Below are positions 10,601-19,500 of a stretch of 64,000 nucleotides of DNA, in pieces. The translations under genes were made by a program, and so were the position numbers. The stretch is taken from the IMG/VR virus record IMGVR_UViG_3300021959_006010, positions 124,001 to 188,000 of that record; one strand, written 5' to 3'. Under the pieces are notes generated by a model. The model had not been told where the DNA came from. It made no database searches and saw only the letters and a list, made by a program, of their open reading frames with translations. Position 1 is the stretch's first letter; every line of letters starts with the position of its first letter.

Positions 10601-12519
10601 TCAACATAACCTGCACCACCGTTTGTAATGTTAACTCTAAATCTTTTCCCGTCAACTTCTTTTGGTCTAGAAAAAACGCCGTTCTCAACAATATCTAATA
10701 CAATATTAAAATTATCTTCAACGCTATCTTCGTCTTGCTGATCCGGTAACACTCCTGCATTTAATGCATCAAACTGTTGTGTGTAAATTGTTTGGTTAAC
10801 TGCTCCAGTTCTTGAATCAAAGTAAGGATCATTTGTATCATTTCTTAAAATATAATCCGTAATTAATTTTGCACGATCAACCGCAGCCAAGTATTCATAT
10901 TTCGATAATCCTTTTTCGTTATTAATTTTTAGATCTGAGTAGTAATAAACACCCGCTTGTATTGAAAGAGTATTAGCACGAATCCCTGCTACATGATCTA
11001 ATATAACACTTTTAATAACATTTGATAAATGGTCTTCTAAAGTTTTTACATCATAGAAATAGCCAGTCCAGTCAACTTGGGTTCCTCTTACGAGTGTTGT
11101 TTCTTGATTTGTAACATTATAGTCGATCCATGCAACAGTTTCTGCAACAATAAAATCGAGGTTATTGTTTACAAGTGTTTGTGCAACTAAATCATCTGCA
11201 ACAGGACTATCAATACCTGCACCTGCAACTACACTGTTAGATTCAACTCCTTGGTCAGTCCAAGTAATTGTTTGCATATAAGGACCTGGCTCAAACTTAC
11301 TTGCAATTTGTATTTCTTCTGCTTTACGTGCAGCAGCACCAACTGTTTTGAATGCATAACTTAGACTTCTTCCTTCGCTACCTGGGGGAGTAAATTCTTG
11401 GGTATCAGAACCTGTTGTACTTACAAATATATTAGTTGTACTTGAACGGCTTGCTTGGTCTACATAGTATTTTGTAACTGCTTGTAAATCTGTCGGACCG
11501 TTCGGAGTTCCTTGTCCTGCAAGATCTCCTGGATGGTCGTATAGGTATAGCGGACCCTCCATATCGTCACCTTGTCTGCGTACAACACTTTCTCTCGGAA
11601 GTGCTTCATTTTGCAGCCAGTTTCCGTAAAGTGCATCATTATAGTCATTATCAACAATAGTTTGTACACCAGATCCGCCTGACGGTCTTAAACGTACTGC
11701 ATCACGAAGTGCTTCTGTATCAGCTGTTGCATCTTGATATGTTGCGTATAGTTCAAGTTCGTCTACATTACGTACTCTTAAATAATAAGTGTTTCCACTT
11801 GTTAGTCCTGTAGCATCAGTACTACCGCTTTCATATGTCCATGCACTGCCGTTTATACTAGCATCTAATCCGTGTGCTGGAATTTCTAGATATCCTGTAG
11901 ATGTTGTATATCCGTTTATAGTAAGAGTATATTCAGAAGCGTCAGCTGGTTCAGGACGCATTCTTGCTCTATTACCCGGTGCTTGTCTTTTAATATAGTT
12001 TTCGTCAGCGTATTTTTTATCAATAACTAAGTCATCTATTGTAATATTAGGCTCATGTATAATATTGTAATCCGTAACAGCTTGCTCATTTACACTAACT
12101 CTACCAATTGCGTTATTATTAGCGTTTAACGGACCTGACAATTCCGGTGTTTGGTCTTCTGAAATTGCAATTTCTCCGATCGAAAGAATAATTTTTCCTT
12201 CTTCGGTCACATCAATATCAATAGTGTCTACAGTTTCTGGTGTTGCACCTGCTGCTTCTGTATTAGATACTATTTTTCTAATCTCAATACCTGTTCCATC
12301 TTGTTTAACAATTGGAATGTATGCAGCTAGATTGTTTCCGACATAAGCATCATAACTATCAGGTGTGTCACCTAAACTAGTAAATGTAATCTGTCCGCCT
12401 AAACCTACAACAGCATAAATCTCACGGAAGTTTTCATTTGTTTTACGAAAACTTTCGCGGACGCTATCACCTGTGCCGTCGTTACCCTCTACACCTATGT
12501 CAATAATTTGTCTTGCCAT
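4606..12519 (-). CDS. Giant baseplate/tail-fibre protein: gp9/gp10-like N-term, pectin-lyase-like beta-helix, C-terminal peptidase-G2-type autocleaving chaperone
   Basis: 2637 aa; N-term MARQIIDIGVEGNDGTGDSVRESFRKTNENF; IRIETGIYYEDYPIRVPGNTSIKGDEFRRVIIRP; C-term QYADLAENY...VALKGRVPCKVIG. Confidence 0.75.
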   Translation of the reverse strand: MARQIIDIGVEGNDGTGDSVRESFRKTNENFREIYAVVGLGGQITFTSLGDTPDSYDAYVGNNLAAYIPIVKQDGTGIEIRKIVSNTEAAGATPETVDTIDIDVTEEGKIILSIGEIAISEDQTPELSGPLNANNNAIGRVSVNEQAVTDYNIIHEPNITIDDLVIDKKYADENYIKRQAPGNRARMRPEPADASEYTLTINGYTTSTGYLEIPAHGLDASINGSAWTYESGSTDATGLTSGNTYYLRVRNVDELELYATYQDATADTEALRDAVRLRPSGGSGVQTIVDNDYNDALYGNWLQNEALPRESVVRRQGDDMEGPLYLYDHPGDLAGQGTPNGPTDLQAVTKYYVDQASRSSTTNIFVSTTGSDTQEFTPPGSEGRSLSYAFKTVGAAARKAEEIQIASKFEPGPYMQTITWTDQGVESNSVVAGAGIDSPVADDLVAQTLVNNNLDFIVAETVAWIDYNVTNQETTLVRGTQVDWTGYFYDVKTLEDHLSNVIKSVILDHVAGIRANTLSIQAGVYYYSDLKINNEKGLSKYEYLAAVDRAKLITDYILRNDTNDPYFDSRTGAVNQTIYTQQFDALNAGVLPDQQDEDSVEDNFNIVLDIVENGVFSRPKEVDGKRFRVNITNGGAGYVDQGNPTNSDLRVGKVVVGKSSRAIGRITRYDYEADTATTTPTNNDSLYLNLLRPIEFVDGEELEFGNLVKEDQTTIRIETGIYYEDYPIRVPGNTSIKGDEFRRVIIRPKNRPSLSPWANVYFYRDREFDGLTGDGATSATGYADTNLPTGGTEYYDPLLNLTPGVDDPTGYFGRHYLIDPTRDINIDNNGQLTVTNAGEYENTARLLEKNRAFLQAEIIAWIDDNILNNVGIWNGFTYDSAKCSRDVGFIVDAIVADLREGGRSNSLAAQGSYYAGAVNGQEAQTSAAIQQLNAYVLDIVDNTAITSLSSLTQYVNTNIVKETGVNSPINELFALMLFAFDPDFNPARNNTQLDAFMMNDATILRNMTVQGHGGFMCVLDPEGQILTKSPYIQTGSSFSQTINRQAFRGGMLVDAFCGNTPLTITNVIDSFTLEVEGAPNSGLFIRKPQVPAPFYINGSRYQVNDIVDYDPKDGILSPTATLILDSTSGPDDQNGNPVGYSSVDYPVPYDVTLQTAGNRSQLGNDFTQINDLGYGLLVMNGGLSEMVSMFTYYCHAAYYSYNGSQIRSVAGSNANGNFGLVAEGADPNEVPDAVTLENDMVQAAKAFSVDGIVTTTGIVNATAGDAVTQPTSDFSADIAFTTSGRKVYLNNVSGTLNLAEELEFAATGQGPDSIPLSIQTGFTNEFEQLSLHFYDTEFVPTNKGELDLVHNIQGADRIGRYEVANISKITGVLVDGYTIDDTVYTTTSPGGINAEFVIEKSQQNGYTLSITGGGSGWLGTEQIVVDGTELGGSTSTHDATITITGVNTDPELGAVGAITSATISGTINQTAITPVKSGQVYRANFSTGNSGFSNDGLLAAIVQDEPLNIRSNQNFILTGAENPGNLTIRPSTAVNFAEDPNYTYRSISFGSADAAGNDLAFGSVYTAFDATYDYVRLLVSGTYASQTANLPASVTGTSMGGTIGDDQIAISTLTEEKDRNRLNNNSLTPVGGRPADYTNQLPMVMTWAGKKHYVYNYREVSDAATGAETYSYNSDAHPYALVDIAEVPNSDLTSAGVTGLNSPVDLTGESVVLRAGLQDGAPATITINISTCRATGHDFLDIGTGSFNETNYPNVILGFPAKNADQDAEVQERNKGRVFYVSTDQDGFFRVGRFFTVDQGTGTVTFSASIALSDVDGIGFKRGVVVTEFSTDSEMSDNAIDTVPVESAVRAYVNRRLGYDHSGIPVSNPIGPRVIVQNGSVPMTGNLDMDGNYITDLANIDLNSDPQVAVNKAYVDSRSDAFNKFSLLRDVSVYNGAENQLLAMSGAKIIIIDALSISGGDFEIGAILRNQAGTVDFGTVVGVYARTDSVLGDVVEIAFTPTVNYTGITVNASVYTNIGVSGTVEDGIYDEIINADEDASSDIGITIVRTDNDNSDDPNVDPDVPTATIDLQINPEVIVNADVSPTAGILQSKLDMQEADTYDPQNDTLPVGGDDDATVQATLGLAKFDGDIFSVARGWTTIADNGISLSKLQTIASDSVLGNSTANTANVAQVSFGTVVDEGGGILHTDISGSNNGAVVRTGSETYDIELITTTGTADSLVKTEANGEVTVNSLALGQNNDYTVLQLDGTGGTRLKITTPVEGVVLTAQGGSSTINPDVYIPGNLNIGGLTDPDGADAGTDPDVFDTSILQDNSTSFSESSWVASNWAYHGFIEAPGEKEAASAGIAIGAGSGKAGTGEVAIVVANSGNSTSPVVATFKSTGIEPDTDSAYDIGTNSLRYNEIFVDTVDTADIVNRNGSFTTTVQFAGATVSNKVIEFKDESGTVALLSDVTSSSNGLTRTLQQVTNAGNTTDNDILPSSTADNVNLGSSSSVFNTVYATTFEGTATQAQYADLAENYLGDADYDAGTVLVLGGDAEVTVTNTKGDHRVAGIVTTNPAHLMNSALEGDHVVGVALKGRVPCKVIGKVQKGDMLVTSAVPGYACVNNTPGVGTVIGKAISTKDDTDKGVVEVLVGRT

Positions 12520-12531
12520 TCGTTTGCTCCG

Positions 12532-12900
12532 TTATACTGCTGGACTAGCTAAGTCCGGTAATTTTTCCATATCAAAGTTTACACTCACTCCGCAACCACA
12601 TGCAGACTGAGCATTAGGATTTTTAATCTCAAAGTTTGATCCTATAATTGATTTTGTATAGTCAATTGTTGATCCTGCTAGGAACATTAAACTATGAGCT
12701 CCAACTACAAACATCCCCATATCGCACTCAACACCAAAGTCGTGTGCTTCTATTTCGTCTACTTGTGCTGTACCCCATTCGTACTCAAATCCTGCACATC
12801 CGCCGCCTTTAATATTCAGCGTAATAGCATAACAATCGTGTTCTTGACACAACTTGCTAATTTGAACGTTGGCTGCTGGTGTTACTTTGATAAGACTCAT
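12532..12900 (-). CDS. iscA: A-type Fe-S cluster carrier (HesB/IscA/ErpA family)
   Basis: GGCAGFEY and CGCGVS motifs, 122 aa. Confidence 0.9.
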   Translation of the reverse strand: MSLIKVTPAANVQISKLCQEHDCYAITLNIKGGGCAGFEYEWGTAQVDEIEAHDFGVECDMGMFVVGAHSLMFLAGSTIDYTKSIIGSNFEIKNPNAQSACGCGVSVNFDMEKLPDLASPAV

Positions 12901-12961
12901 TTTTTGTTCCTCTTCGACTGTATTTATTCATAGATTTTATAATCTTAATGTAAATATAGTT

Positions 12962-13249
12962 ATGTATTTAAAAGAATATACAGTAACAAAAAGGTACGAA
13001 CGTGCTAGCAAACTAGGAAAAGTACATACTTATTGGCGCACATCGACTATTTGTGTTTTTAGGTGTGATAATTGTAATAAAGAGTTTGATCGTCCAAGGG
13101 GAAAGATGGATCCAAAACGACTAAGCAACAACTATTTCCATGTTTGTAAAAATTGTGATGCTAAAGTATTTGCTCAAAAAAGAGGTGTTCAAGCAAAACA
13201 AGTGTGGAGCCTGTCTGCTAGTTCTAATATTCCTATTAGTAAATTATGA
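12962..13249 (+). CDS. Zinc-ribbon hypothetical protein
   Basis: Probable start ATG 12962 just after TAAATA; CDNC...CKNC pairs. Confidence 0.6.
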   Translation: MYLKEYTVTKRYERASKLGKVHTYWRTSTICVFRCDNCNKEFDRPRGKMDPKRLSNNYFHVCKNCDAKVFAQKRGVQAKQVWSLSASSNIPISKL

Positions 13250-13477
13250 TCTACTAGGATATGCGCCTTCAATTGCAATAATTGCTTTACAGCTATTTAG
13301 ATCTTCTATTTTAGGCAAAGCAAATGTTGTTCTGCCATCGCCGCCGTAGATTGTACCTAATATGCTAAACAATGCTGTATTTGATGCAATAGCCAACATA
13401 GCTCCATTACAGAATGCCCAACCTCTTGGAGCAAAGTTACCTGCGAAGTATTTTACTTCTCCTAATAATGGCTCCAT
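13244..13477 (-). CDS. Stand-alone phage tail-collar domain protein
   Basis: LGEVKYFAGNFAPRGWAFCNG...NTALFSILGTIYGGDGRTTFALP is the tail-collar signature. Confidence 0.85.
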   Translation of the reverse strand: MEPLLGEVKYFAGNFAPRGWAFCNGAMLAIASNTALFSILGTIYGGDGRTTFALPKIEDLNSCKAIIAIEGAYPSRS

Positions 13478-13641
13478 TATTCAGCTTTCCAAATAGTCCA
13501 AGCACCGTATGCAATAGCACCGTAAGCTACTAGAGCAGCAATTGGCTTGAAGATAAGAAACGCAACGCCTGCTCCTACTAGTATAACACCGTCTAGTGTT
13601 GTACGTTCTTTAAGTCTTGCATTAATCCATTTTTGAATCAT
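13477..13641 (-). CDS. Small two-TM membrane protein (54 aa)
   Basis: Hand translation MIQKWINARLKERTTLDGVILVGAGVAFLIFKPIAALVAYGAIAYGAWTIWKAE; GGAG RBS, TATAAATA upstream, TAATG coupling. Confidence 0.7.
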   Translation of the reverse strand: MIQKWINARLKERTTLDGVILVGAGVAFLIFKPIAALVAYGAIAYGAWTIWKAE

Positions 13642-13697
13642 TTCTGTTCTCCTTGTTAAAATATTTATATAAGTAATTATTCCTATAGGAGGTAATT

Positions 13698-13943
13698 ATG
13701 TTAAAATGGTTAAAAAGAGTCTTAGGAACTGATTATCCTGAGGCACCAGTTATAGCACAGGAGCAACCAAAGCCGGCTGCAAAACCCAAGCCGCAACCCA
13801 AAAAGCCTGCAAAAAAGGCTAAAAAAGTTGATTTAGATGCTATGACTAAAAAGGATTTACTTGCTCACGCAAAGACAATTGGTGTTAAATCAAATGCTAG
13901 CATGAGCAAAGGTGCAATTCTTGATGCAATTAAGAACGGCTAA
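13698..13943 (+). CDS. Small protein with C-terminal Rho-N/HeH-like helical domain and Pro/Lys linker
   Basis: GGAGG RBS; DLDAMTKKDLLAHAKTIGVKSNASMSKGAILDAIK. Confidence 0.6.
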   Translation: MLKWLKRVLGTDYPEAPVIAQEQPKPAAKPKPQPKKPAKKAKKVDLDAMTKKDLLAHAKTIGVKSNASMSKGAILDAIKNG

Positions 13944-14217
13944 TTGCCGCTTGTAGTTGCGTTATTGCAGAATCTTGGCGAGCAAGCTTTCGTTCTAATA
14001 CATCGATAGCTGCTCGCTGTTTTTTTGACTGCTCTTCCAAACTTCTAACATACGCTAAAGACGGAACTTCTTGCTGCGAGCCATCTTCTCCAAGCATAAG
14101 AACTGTGTCAACACCTTGCGCTCGTAATCCGCCTGTTACACGATTAGGATTTTTATTAGATGATGATTGGGTCTGGTCCGGCGACTTTCTGCCGTACATC
14201 TTGTTCAAATAGCTCAT
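13930..14217 (-). CDS. Hypothetical protein with C-terminal coiled coil
   Basis: 95 aa ORF in gene train; heptad pattern. Confidence 0.55.
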   Translation of the reverse strand: MSYLNKMYGRKSPDQTQSSSNKNPNRVTGGLRAQGVDTVLMLGEDGSQQEVPSLAYVRSLEEQSKKQRAAIDVLERKLARQDSAITQLQAAISRS

Positions 14218-15238
14218 TATTCTTCTCCATATAGTATTTATATAAGCTAATACTTGCTAGATTCTTGCATTTGCTTTCGACCATAATATCTGCATAAGGC
14301 AAAAATTCTAGTGCCCAATCGTTGACTGCATCATTCCACATGTAATCGCTGTGGGCTCGTAGTTTTGCTTTTTTGTATTCGCCTGCAAGTAGTATATCCA
14401 TATCAGGTTTAACATTTGTAGGATGTCCTACAAGCAAGTCTTCTCGAGATACTGAATAGTGTATTACAGGACGTACACCACGCCACGAGTCAATTATGCG
14501 AGTAAATCTATCGTCGGTTGGGAGAATGTATTCTCCTTCACGGCACCAGTGATGGTGTATGTCAAGAACGAGTGCGCAGTGGTCGACAAGCTCGAGGCTG
14601 TGTTCAAGTCCCCACTTGTTCTCGTCGTTCTCGATCGTGATGGTGTTTCGTGCTTCGGGCGAGAGTCTCTTGAGGGCGTCTTTGATGCCTTGTGGACCTC
14701 TTCGACCCGATATGTGTACGTTGCACTTGAAGTCTTGGAAGGTACGACCGTATCCCATCCAGCGCAAGACATCGGTGTGATATTCAAATTCTTCTATGCT
14801 CCTATCTACTATATCGTCGTTATCGCTTGCAAGGACAGTAAACTGACCAGGATGCATAGACAACCTAACATCAAGCGACCGGGCAAGATCACCGACCCTT
14901 GCGAAATTGCTTTCACAATATCGGACCACATCAGGACGTTTCCAGTAATAGCACCAAGTAGGCTCAGTGTATACAGGAAGGACATCACTGCCAAGTCGAA
15001 CCATTCGTAATTCATGTGGTAAACTCCCTACGTATTCAATCAGGTTGTAGTAGCTTTCGATATTATGTACCATAATATCCCACAACCGTTGTTCAGCAAC
15101 ATCACGAGATTGTCTATTCAACCATTGTACTGTTGTGCTACGAGTATTTAGTGGACGTTGGATTTCCTCTAACAGTTTCTTTTTTTGTGTCTGATCAGGA
15201 TGCATGTATTTGCATGCAAAGCCTATACGTTGTGTCAT
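14156..15238 (-). CDS. uvsE: UV damage endonuclease (UvsE/UvdE)
   Basis: RIGFAC, RLGSDVLP, RLSMHPGQFTVLAS, ITIENDE, LVLDIHHH, HYSVSR, LRAHSDY, DIMVESKCKN motifs. Confidence 0.92.
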   Translation of the reverse strand: MTQRIGFACKYMHPDQTQKKKLLEEIQRPLNTRSTTVQWLNRQSRDVAEQRLWDIMVHNIESYYNLIEYVGSLPHELRMVRLGSDVLPVYTEPTWCYYWKRPDVVRYCESNFARVGDLARSLDVRLSMHPGQFTVLASDNDDIVDRSIEEFEYHTDVLRWMGYGRTFQDFKCNVHISGRRGPQGIKDALKRLSPEARNTITIENDENKWGLEHSLELVDHCALVLDIHHHWCREGEYILPTDDRFTRIIDSWRGVRPVIHYSVSREDLLVGHPTNVKPDMDILLAGEYKKAKLRAHSDYMWNDAVNDWALEFLPYADIMVESKCKNLASISLYKYYMEKNNELFEQDVRQKVAGPDPIII

Positions 15239-15942
15239 AATACAAATGCCTTTTCTTGTACAAAATTACCTGCTGTTCTACGATTACCTTCTACCCAACC
15301 TGAATTAGTGACAATATCTTTAAGATCGTTATTAAAGGGCATACTACCACATATCATGATTTTATCTGTATTAGGATCACCATTTGTTAATATTATACCA
15401 TCTTTAATAAGATCTGTCATCCTATTTCTTTGTTCTGGCCATTCCGGGTCTCTAGTAACAATAGGAATGTAATCTATATCCATTTCTTGCAAGAACTCAT
15501 TATATGATAGCAATTCTTTTGCTTGTCTTACACTCCATACTACATGTATTCTATTAAAAGAATCATATGTAGTTGGATCTCGTAACAGGCTTATAAAGGG
15601 CGCAATGCCTGTTCCTGTTGCAAGCATCCACAAATCGCCGCCAAGTTCTAAATTTGCTAGAGTTAATGTGCCAGTTGGTTTATCGCCTACTTCAAGTTCG
15701 TCGCCAACTTTTACATGTTGTAGTCTACTAGTAAGCGGACCGTCAGGAACCTTAATTGAATAAAATTCAAGAAAGTCGTCATATGGGCCACTTGTTATAG
15801 AATAAGCACGATTAATATCATCGTCTCCCATTCCAATCATTGTAAACTCACCAGCTGTAAACCTAAATGTATTAGGACGTTCTGTACGTATCCTAAACAA
15901 CGTATCTGTATAATGTTCTACTTCTGTTATTTTTAAAAACAC
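15235..15942 (-). CDS. fpr: Ferredoxin-NADP(H) reductase, bacterial type
   Basis: RAYSI (FAD), LATGTGIAPF, MICGS, GNFVQEKAF; GTG start 15942 with GAGG RBS preferred over the ORF-track start. Confidence 0.88.
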   Translation of the reverse strand: MFLKITEVEHYTDTLFRIRTERPNTFRFTAGEFTMIGMGDDDINRAYSITSGPYDDFLEFYSIKVPDGPLTSRLQHVKVGDELEVGDKPTGTLTLANLELGGDLWMLATGTGIAPFISLLRDPTTYDSFNRIHVVWSVRQAKELLSYNEFLQEMDIDYIPIVTRDPEWPEQRNRMTDLIKDGIILTNGDPNTDKIMICGSMPFNNDLKDIVTNSGWVEGNRRTAGNFVQEKAFVL

Positions 15943-15952
15943 AATTACCTCT

Positions 15953-16402
15953 TTAAATCGAATAAATTGCAGAGTTGGCACCGTGTTCGGCACATTCAAC
16001 TTTTACAACATAGCATCGATTGTCTGTCATATCACGAATTAGTTTATCTGCAAAGTTGAATGCATGTTCTGCAAACTTCTCTGCACCAACACCGTCAAAC
16101 ACTCTACATTCTGCTAGTCCGAATTCTTCTAGTTCTTGTAGTTTTACACGCCAAGGATCTTTTTTGTCTAAGCATAGTTTATGGTCAAAGTTATCTTCGA
16201 GCCAAGCCTTTAGTGGCTTTAGTCCTCCAAAATCTACTGCCCAGTTTTTATTATCTAGCTCGTCACATCCAAATGTAAACGTAAATGCTAAACTGTAACC
16301 GTGTAGTAGATGACAGTGCGAATGATCAGCGTTAGGCTGACGAAACACTGCTGACAGACCAATATTATGTCCGTAATGTTTTGTAGAATAATGTTTACCC
16401 AT
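15953..16402 (-). CDS. queD: 6-carboxy-tetrahydropterin synthase (QueD/PTPS family)
   Basis: CHLLHGYS, VDFGGLK, FDHK, GVGAEKFA, EHGANSA; ATG 16402 with GGAGG RBS. Confidence 0.85.
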   Translation of the reverse strand: MGKHYSTKHYGHNIGLSAVFRQPNADHSHCHLLHGYSLAFTFTFGCDELDNKNWAVDFGGLKPLKAWLEDNFDHKLCLDKKDPWRVKLQELEEFGLAECRVFDGVGAEKFAEHAFNFADKLIRDMTDNRCYVVKVECAEHGANSAIYSI

Positions 16403-16488
16403 CTCTTGCCTCCTGTGTTGAGTAAGTTTGATGCGCAGAATATTTATAGTGGGATGAGCATATAAGACCACTTTGTAACATACTATGT

Positions 16489-16517
16489 ATTATAGTATAC
16501 ATTACTTATCCTGTCAA
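16489..16517 (-). promoter_or_regulatory. Sigma70-type promoter for queD-fpr-uvsE
   Basis: TTGACA-17 nt-TATAAT exact; TATAAATA at 16441-16448 further downstream. Confidence 0.85.
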
Positions 16518-16536
16518 CCTCAACATATAAAATTTA

Positions 16537-16543
16537 ATAAATA
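16537..16543 (+). promoter_or_regulatory. T4-like late promoter motif ATAAATA
   Basis: About 30 nt before the 2798 aa gene. The same (A)TAAATA motif precedes genes at 2660-2666, 12921-12927, 13662-13669, 25274-25279, 26438-26444, 41352-41357, 47092-47098(+), 52911-52917, 52950-52957(+), 54477-54483, 56598-56604, 60649-60654, 61215-61221. Confidence 0.7.
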
Positions 16544-16573
16544 CTACAGCAAACTTAAACTATAGGATTCGAC

Positions 16574-19500
16574 ATGGCAACAGAAGCTGTATGGTATGAT
16601 ATTTTCAGAAACTTAACACTCAAAGTAAAATCAGATGGTAGTACAATTGATACTATCGTAGCTGACGAGTACAAGGACACACTTACAATTAACCAAGGAC
16701 TTGGCGTAGCATTTAATCCAAGTGCTGCTGGAGACGAGTTTGACATTGATGTAGATTATCAATTATATGTGCCTGTTGGAACTACAACTGTAAGATTACA
16801 AGATGTAAATTCAAACACAAGAGATGTAAAATTAACACCTGGTTCTGGTGTTTTTATTAGCAGACTTGCAGATGATGAGCTTGCATTTACAAGTTACGGT
16901 GTTGCTGAAAATGATAATCTACACACTGTAACCAAAAGAGGTGCAATTACTACTAATAAACTAATTATAAATGATTTAGAAATTGGTGATATTACAAGTA
17001 CTCCTGGTGTTGACGGATTTTCAGTTCTAGGTGTCGAATTTCAAGGCGACGGTACTTTAGATAACCCGGCTAGACTGTTGCCAGCATATGTAGGTATTAC
17101 TGATCCTACATATACAAAAACATACGAATTTAGCGTAGGTGCAGCAGGTATATTTGGTTACTCTGCTAGCTATCTACCTCCATTAAACTTAACAACAGGT
17201 AGTATTGTTCTTGAAAGAGAAGATCCACTAAATCCAGGAGTTTGGGCTCCTATTGCGCAACAGTCAGGTACAACAGCAGGTGTTACATATCAGCTTTCAA
17301 ATACATATGCAGAAAGTTACACCGGCGGAACTGTTAATTACAGAATTACTGTTAGCTGGACTGGTAACACTAGCCAAGTAAGAGTAGATTTAAATTTAAC
17401 TTACGAAGTTTACGATGTAGCAACTAACGTTTTACTTGAAACTGATACTGCAAACAACAGAGTGTTTTTAAGCGGCAATGTTGGTATAGACGAAGCTAAC
17501 CCTCTTGTTAGTTTAGTAATAAACAGAACAGATGCAATTGCATTACCTAAAGGTATTACAGCCGAACAGCCAACTGGCGCAGACGGATATATTAGATATA
17601 ATACACAAACTAACAAATTTGAAGGATTTTCAAATGGGTTCTGGAACGAATTAGGAAGTGTAAGTGACGTCGACTTAGACACCTACATTACAGCAGAACT
17701 AAATCCCGGAACTGACGATGATACTTTGTATTTTTACAATGCATTTGCAAATAGTTTATCGTTGTCATCAACATTATTAGATGTAAAAAATGATGTTTTA
17801 GTTAGAATTAACAATACAACAGATAGCACTAATTCAACAACAGGTGCTCTTATTGTTGACGGTGGTGCATCTATTAAGAAAAACTTAACGGTTGGATCTA
17901 GTAATACAAATACTGTTACATTTAATAGCAGAGTTGCTAGCTCTTTTGTTCCCGAAGTTACAGCAACACATGCACTTGGCGAAGATGCACTTCGTTGGAG
18001 TGAGCTATTTGTTAGTGATGCAGTAAATGTTAATGATTATACACTTCCACTAGCAGACGGTACTGTAAACCAAATTGTACAAACTGATGCACAAGGACAG
18101 TTATTCTTCGGTGATGCAGACACGTTTGGTGGTAACAGAGTTTATGTAAGTGCTGCAAAAGGTGACGATGCAAACGATGGTATAACTGCTCCAGTCGCAA
18201 CTATTGCACGAGCAGCAAGAATCGCTGCTGATCTAGCATACTCTCCAGAAACAACTGATCCAACAACTGAATCAGAAACTGCTGCACTAAGAGCAGCAGC
18301 ACAGTCTATTGCAGACGATACTATTACATATGTTAATACAACATATCCAACACTAATTTATGACCAAGCAAAGTGTAACAGAGATGTTAAAGAAATTATC
18401 GACAGTGCTATTTACGATTTACGCTTTGGCGGCAACAGCCGTTCAGTAGCAGCAGGTGAGTATTACTATGACGGTACTGGTACATTATATATTACTGGTC
18501 AAGTATCAGAAACTATAGATGCTATTAATTATGCTAAAAGCCTTGCAATAACATACTTAACAGGTACTAGAGCTACTGCAATTGGCGCAAGTTTTGATAC
18601 TGTAACAAGTATTATTACAAGTTTAGGTAACGCACCTGCAAAAACATACGGTGATTTTATTACTAACCAAATTACCATTATGGTTGCATCAGGCGATTAT
18701 GTTGAACAAAACCCGATCTTATTAGGTGATGATATTTCGATTGTAGGTGATAACTTACGTAGAACAGTTATCCGTCCAGCGAACGAAAATTTAGATATGT
18801 TCCGTGTAAGAAACAGTTCTTACATTACAGGCGTAGTTTTCCGTGACGGATTAGTAAACAGAATACCAGATTATACATTCCGCTATGCTATTAGTTTTGA
18901 TAATGTGGTAGACACTGCTACCAGCAGGGCAGGATATGTAAATCTTCCAGTTAGCCGTCCTAGGATTTTTACATCACCATACATTCAAAACTGTTCTGTG
19001 ATTTCGTTCTTAGGCGGTAACGGGGTTGAAATAGACGGTAACTTAATTGATACACCAAACATTCCAAACAGTGATATTGAAGCAGAGAATCCTATTGATT
19101 TAGCAGACGGTGTACCTGAACAAGGTAAGTCAATGGTTGCTAACGCATTTACTATTCTATCGTTTGGTGGTGTTGCGTGGCGTGTAATGAACGAAGCATA
19201 TGCACAGATTGTTAGCTGCTTCGTAATCTTTACTGGCAACGGCTGTATTGCACAAAATGGTGGTTATCTATCTATTACAAACTCGGCGTCAAACTTTGGA
19301 TTGTTTGCTCTTAGAGCAAGTGGTTATAGTCCAAATGCATTTGAGTTTGACCGAGGTATTATCAGCGGCAACGGTATATACGAAGTATATCAAACTCTTA
19401 AATTTGTAGGTTTACAACGTGCTCCATTGGAACACTTTATTGTTAGAGTTAGAAACAATTCTAACATTGATATTACTGATAACTTTAATAACAATAGTAC

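Noticed and set aside
16403-16490. Possible preQ1 riboswitch upstream of queD
   Set aside because: No preQ1-I stem plus A-rich tail or other class consensus recognisable; the region is explained by promoters and RBS
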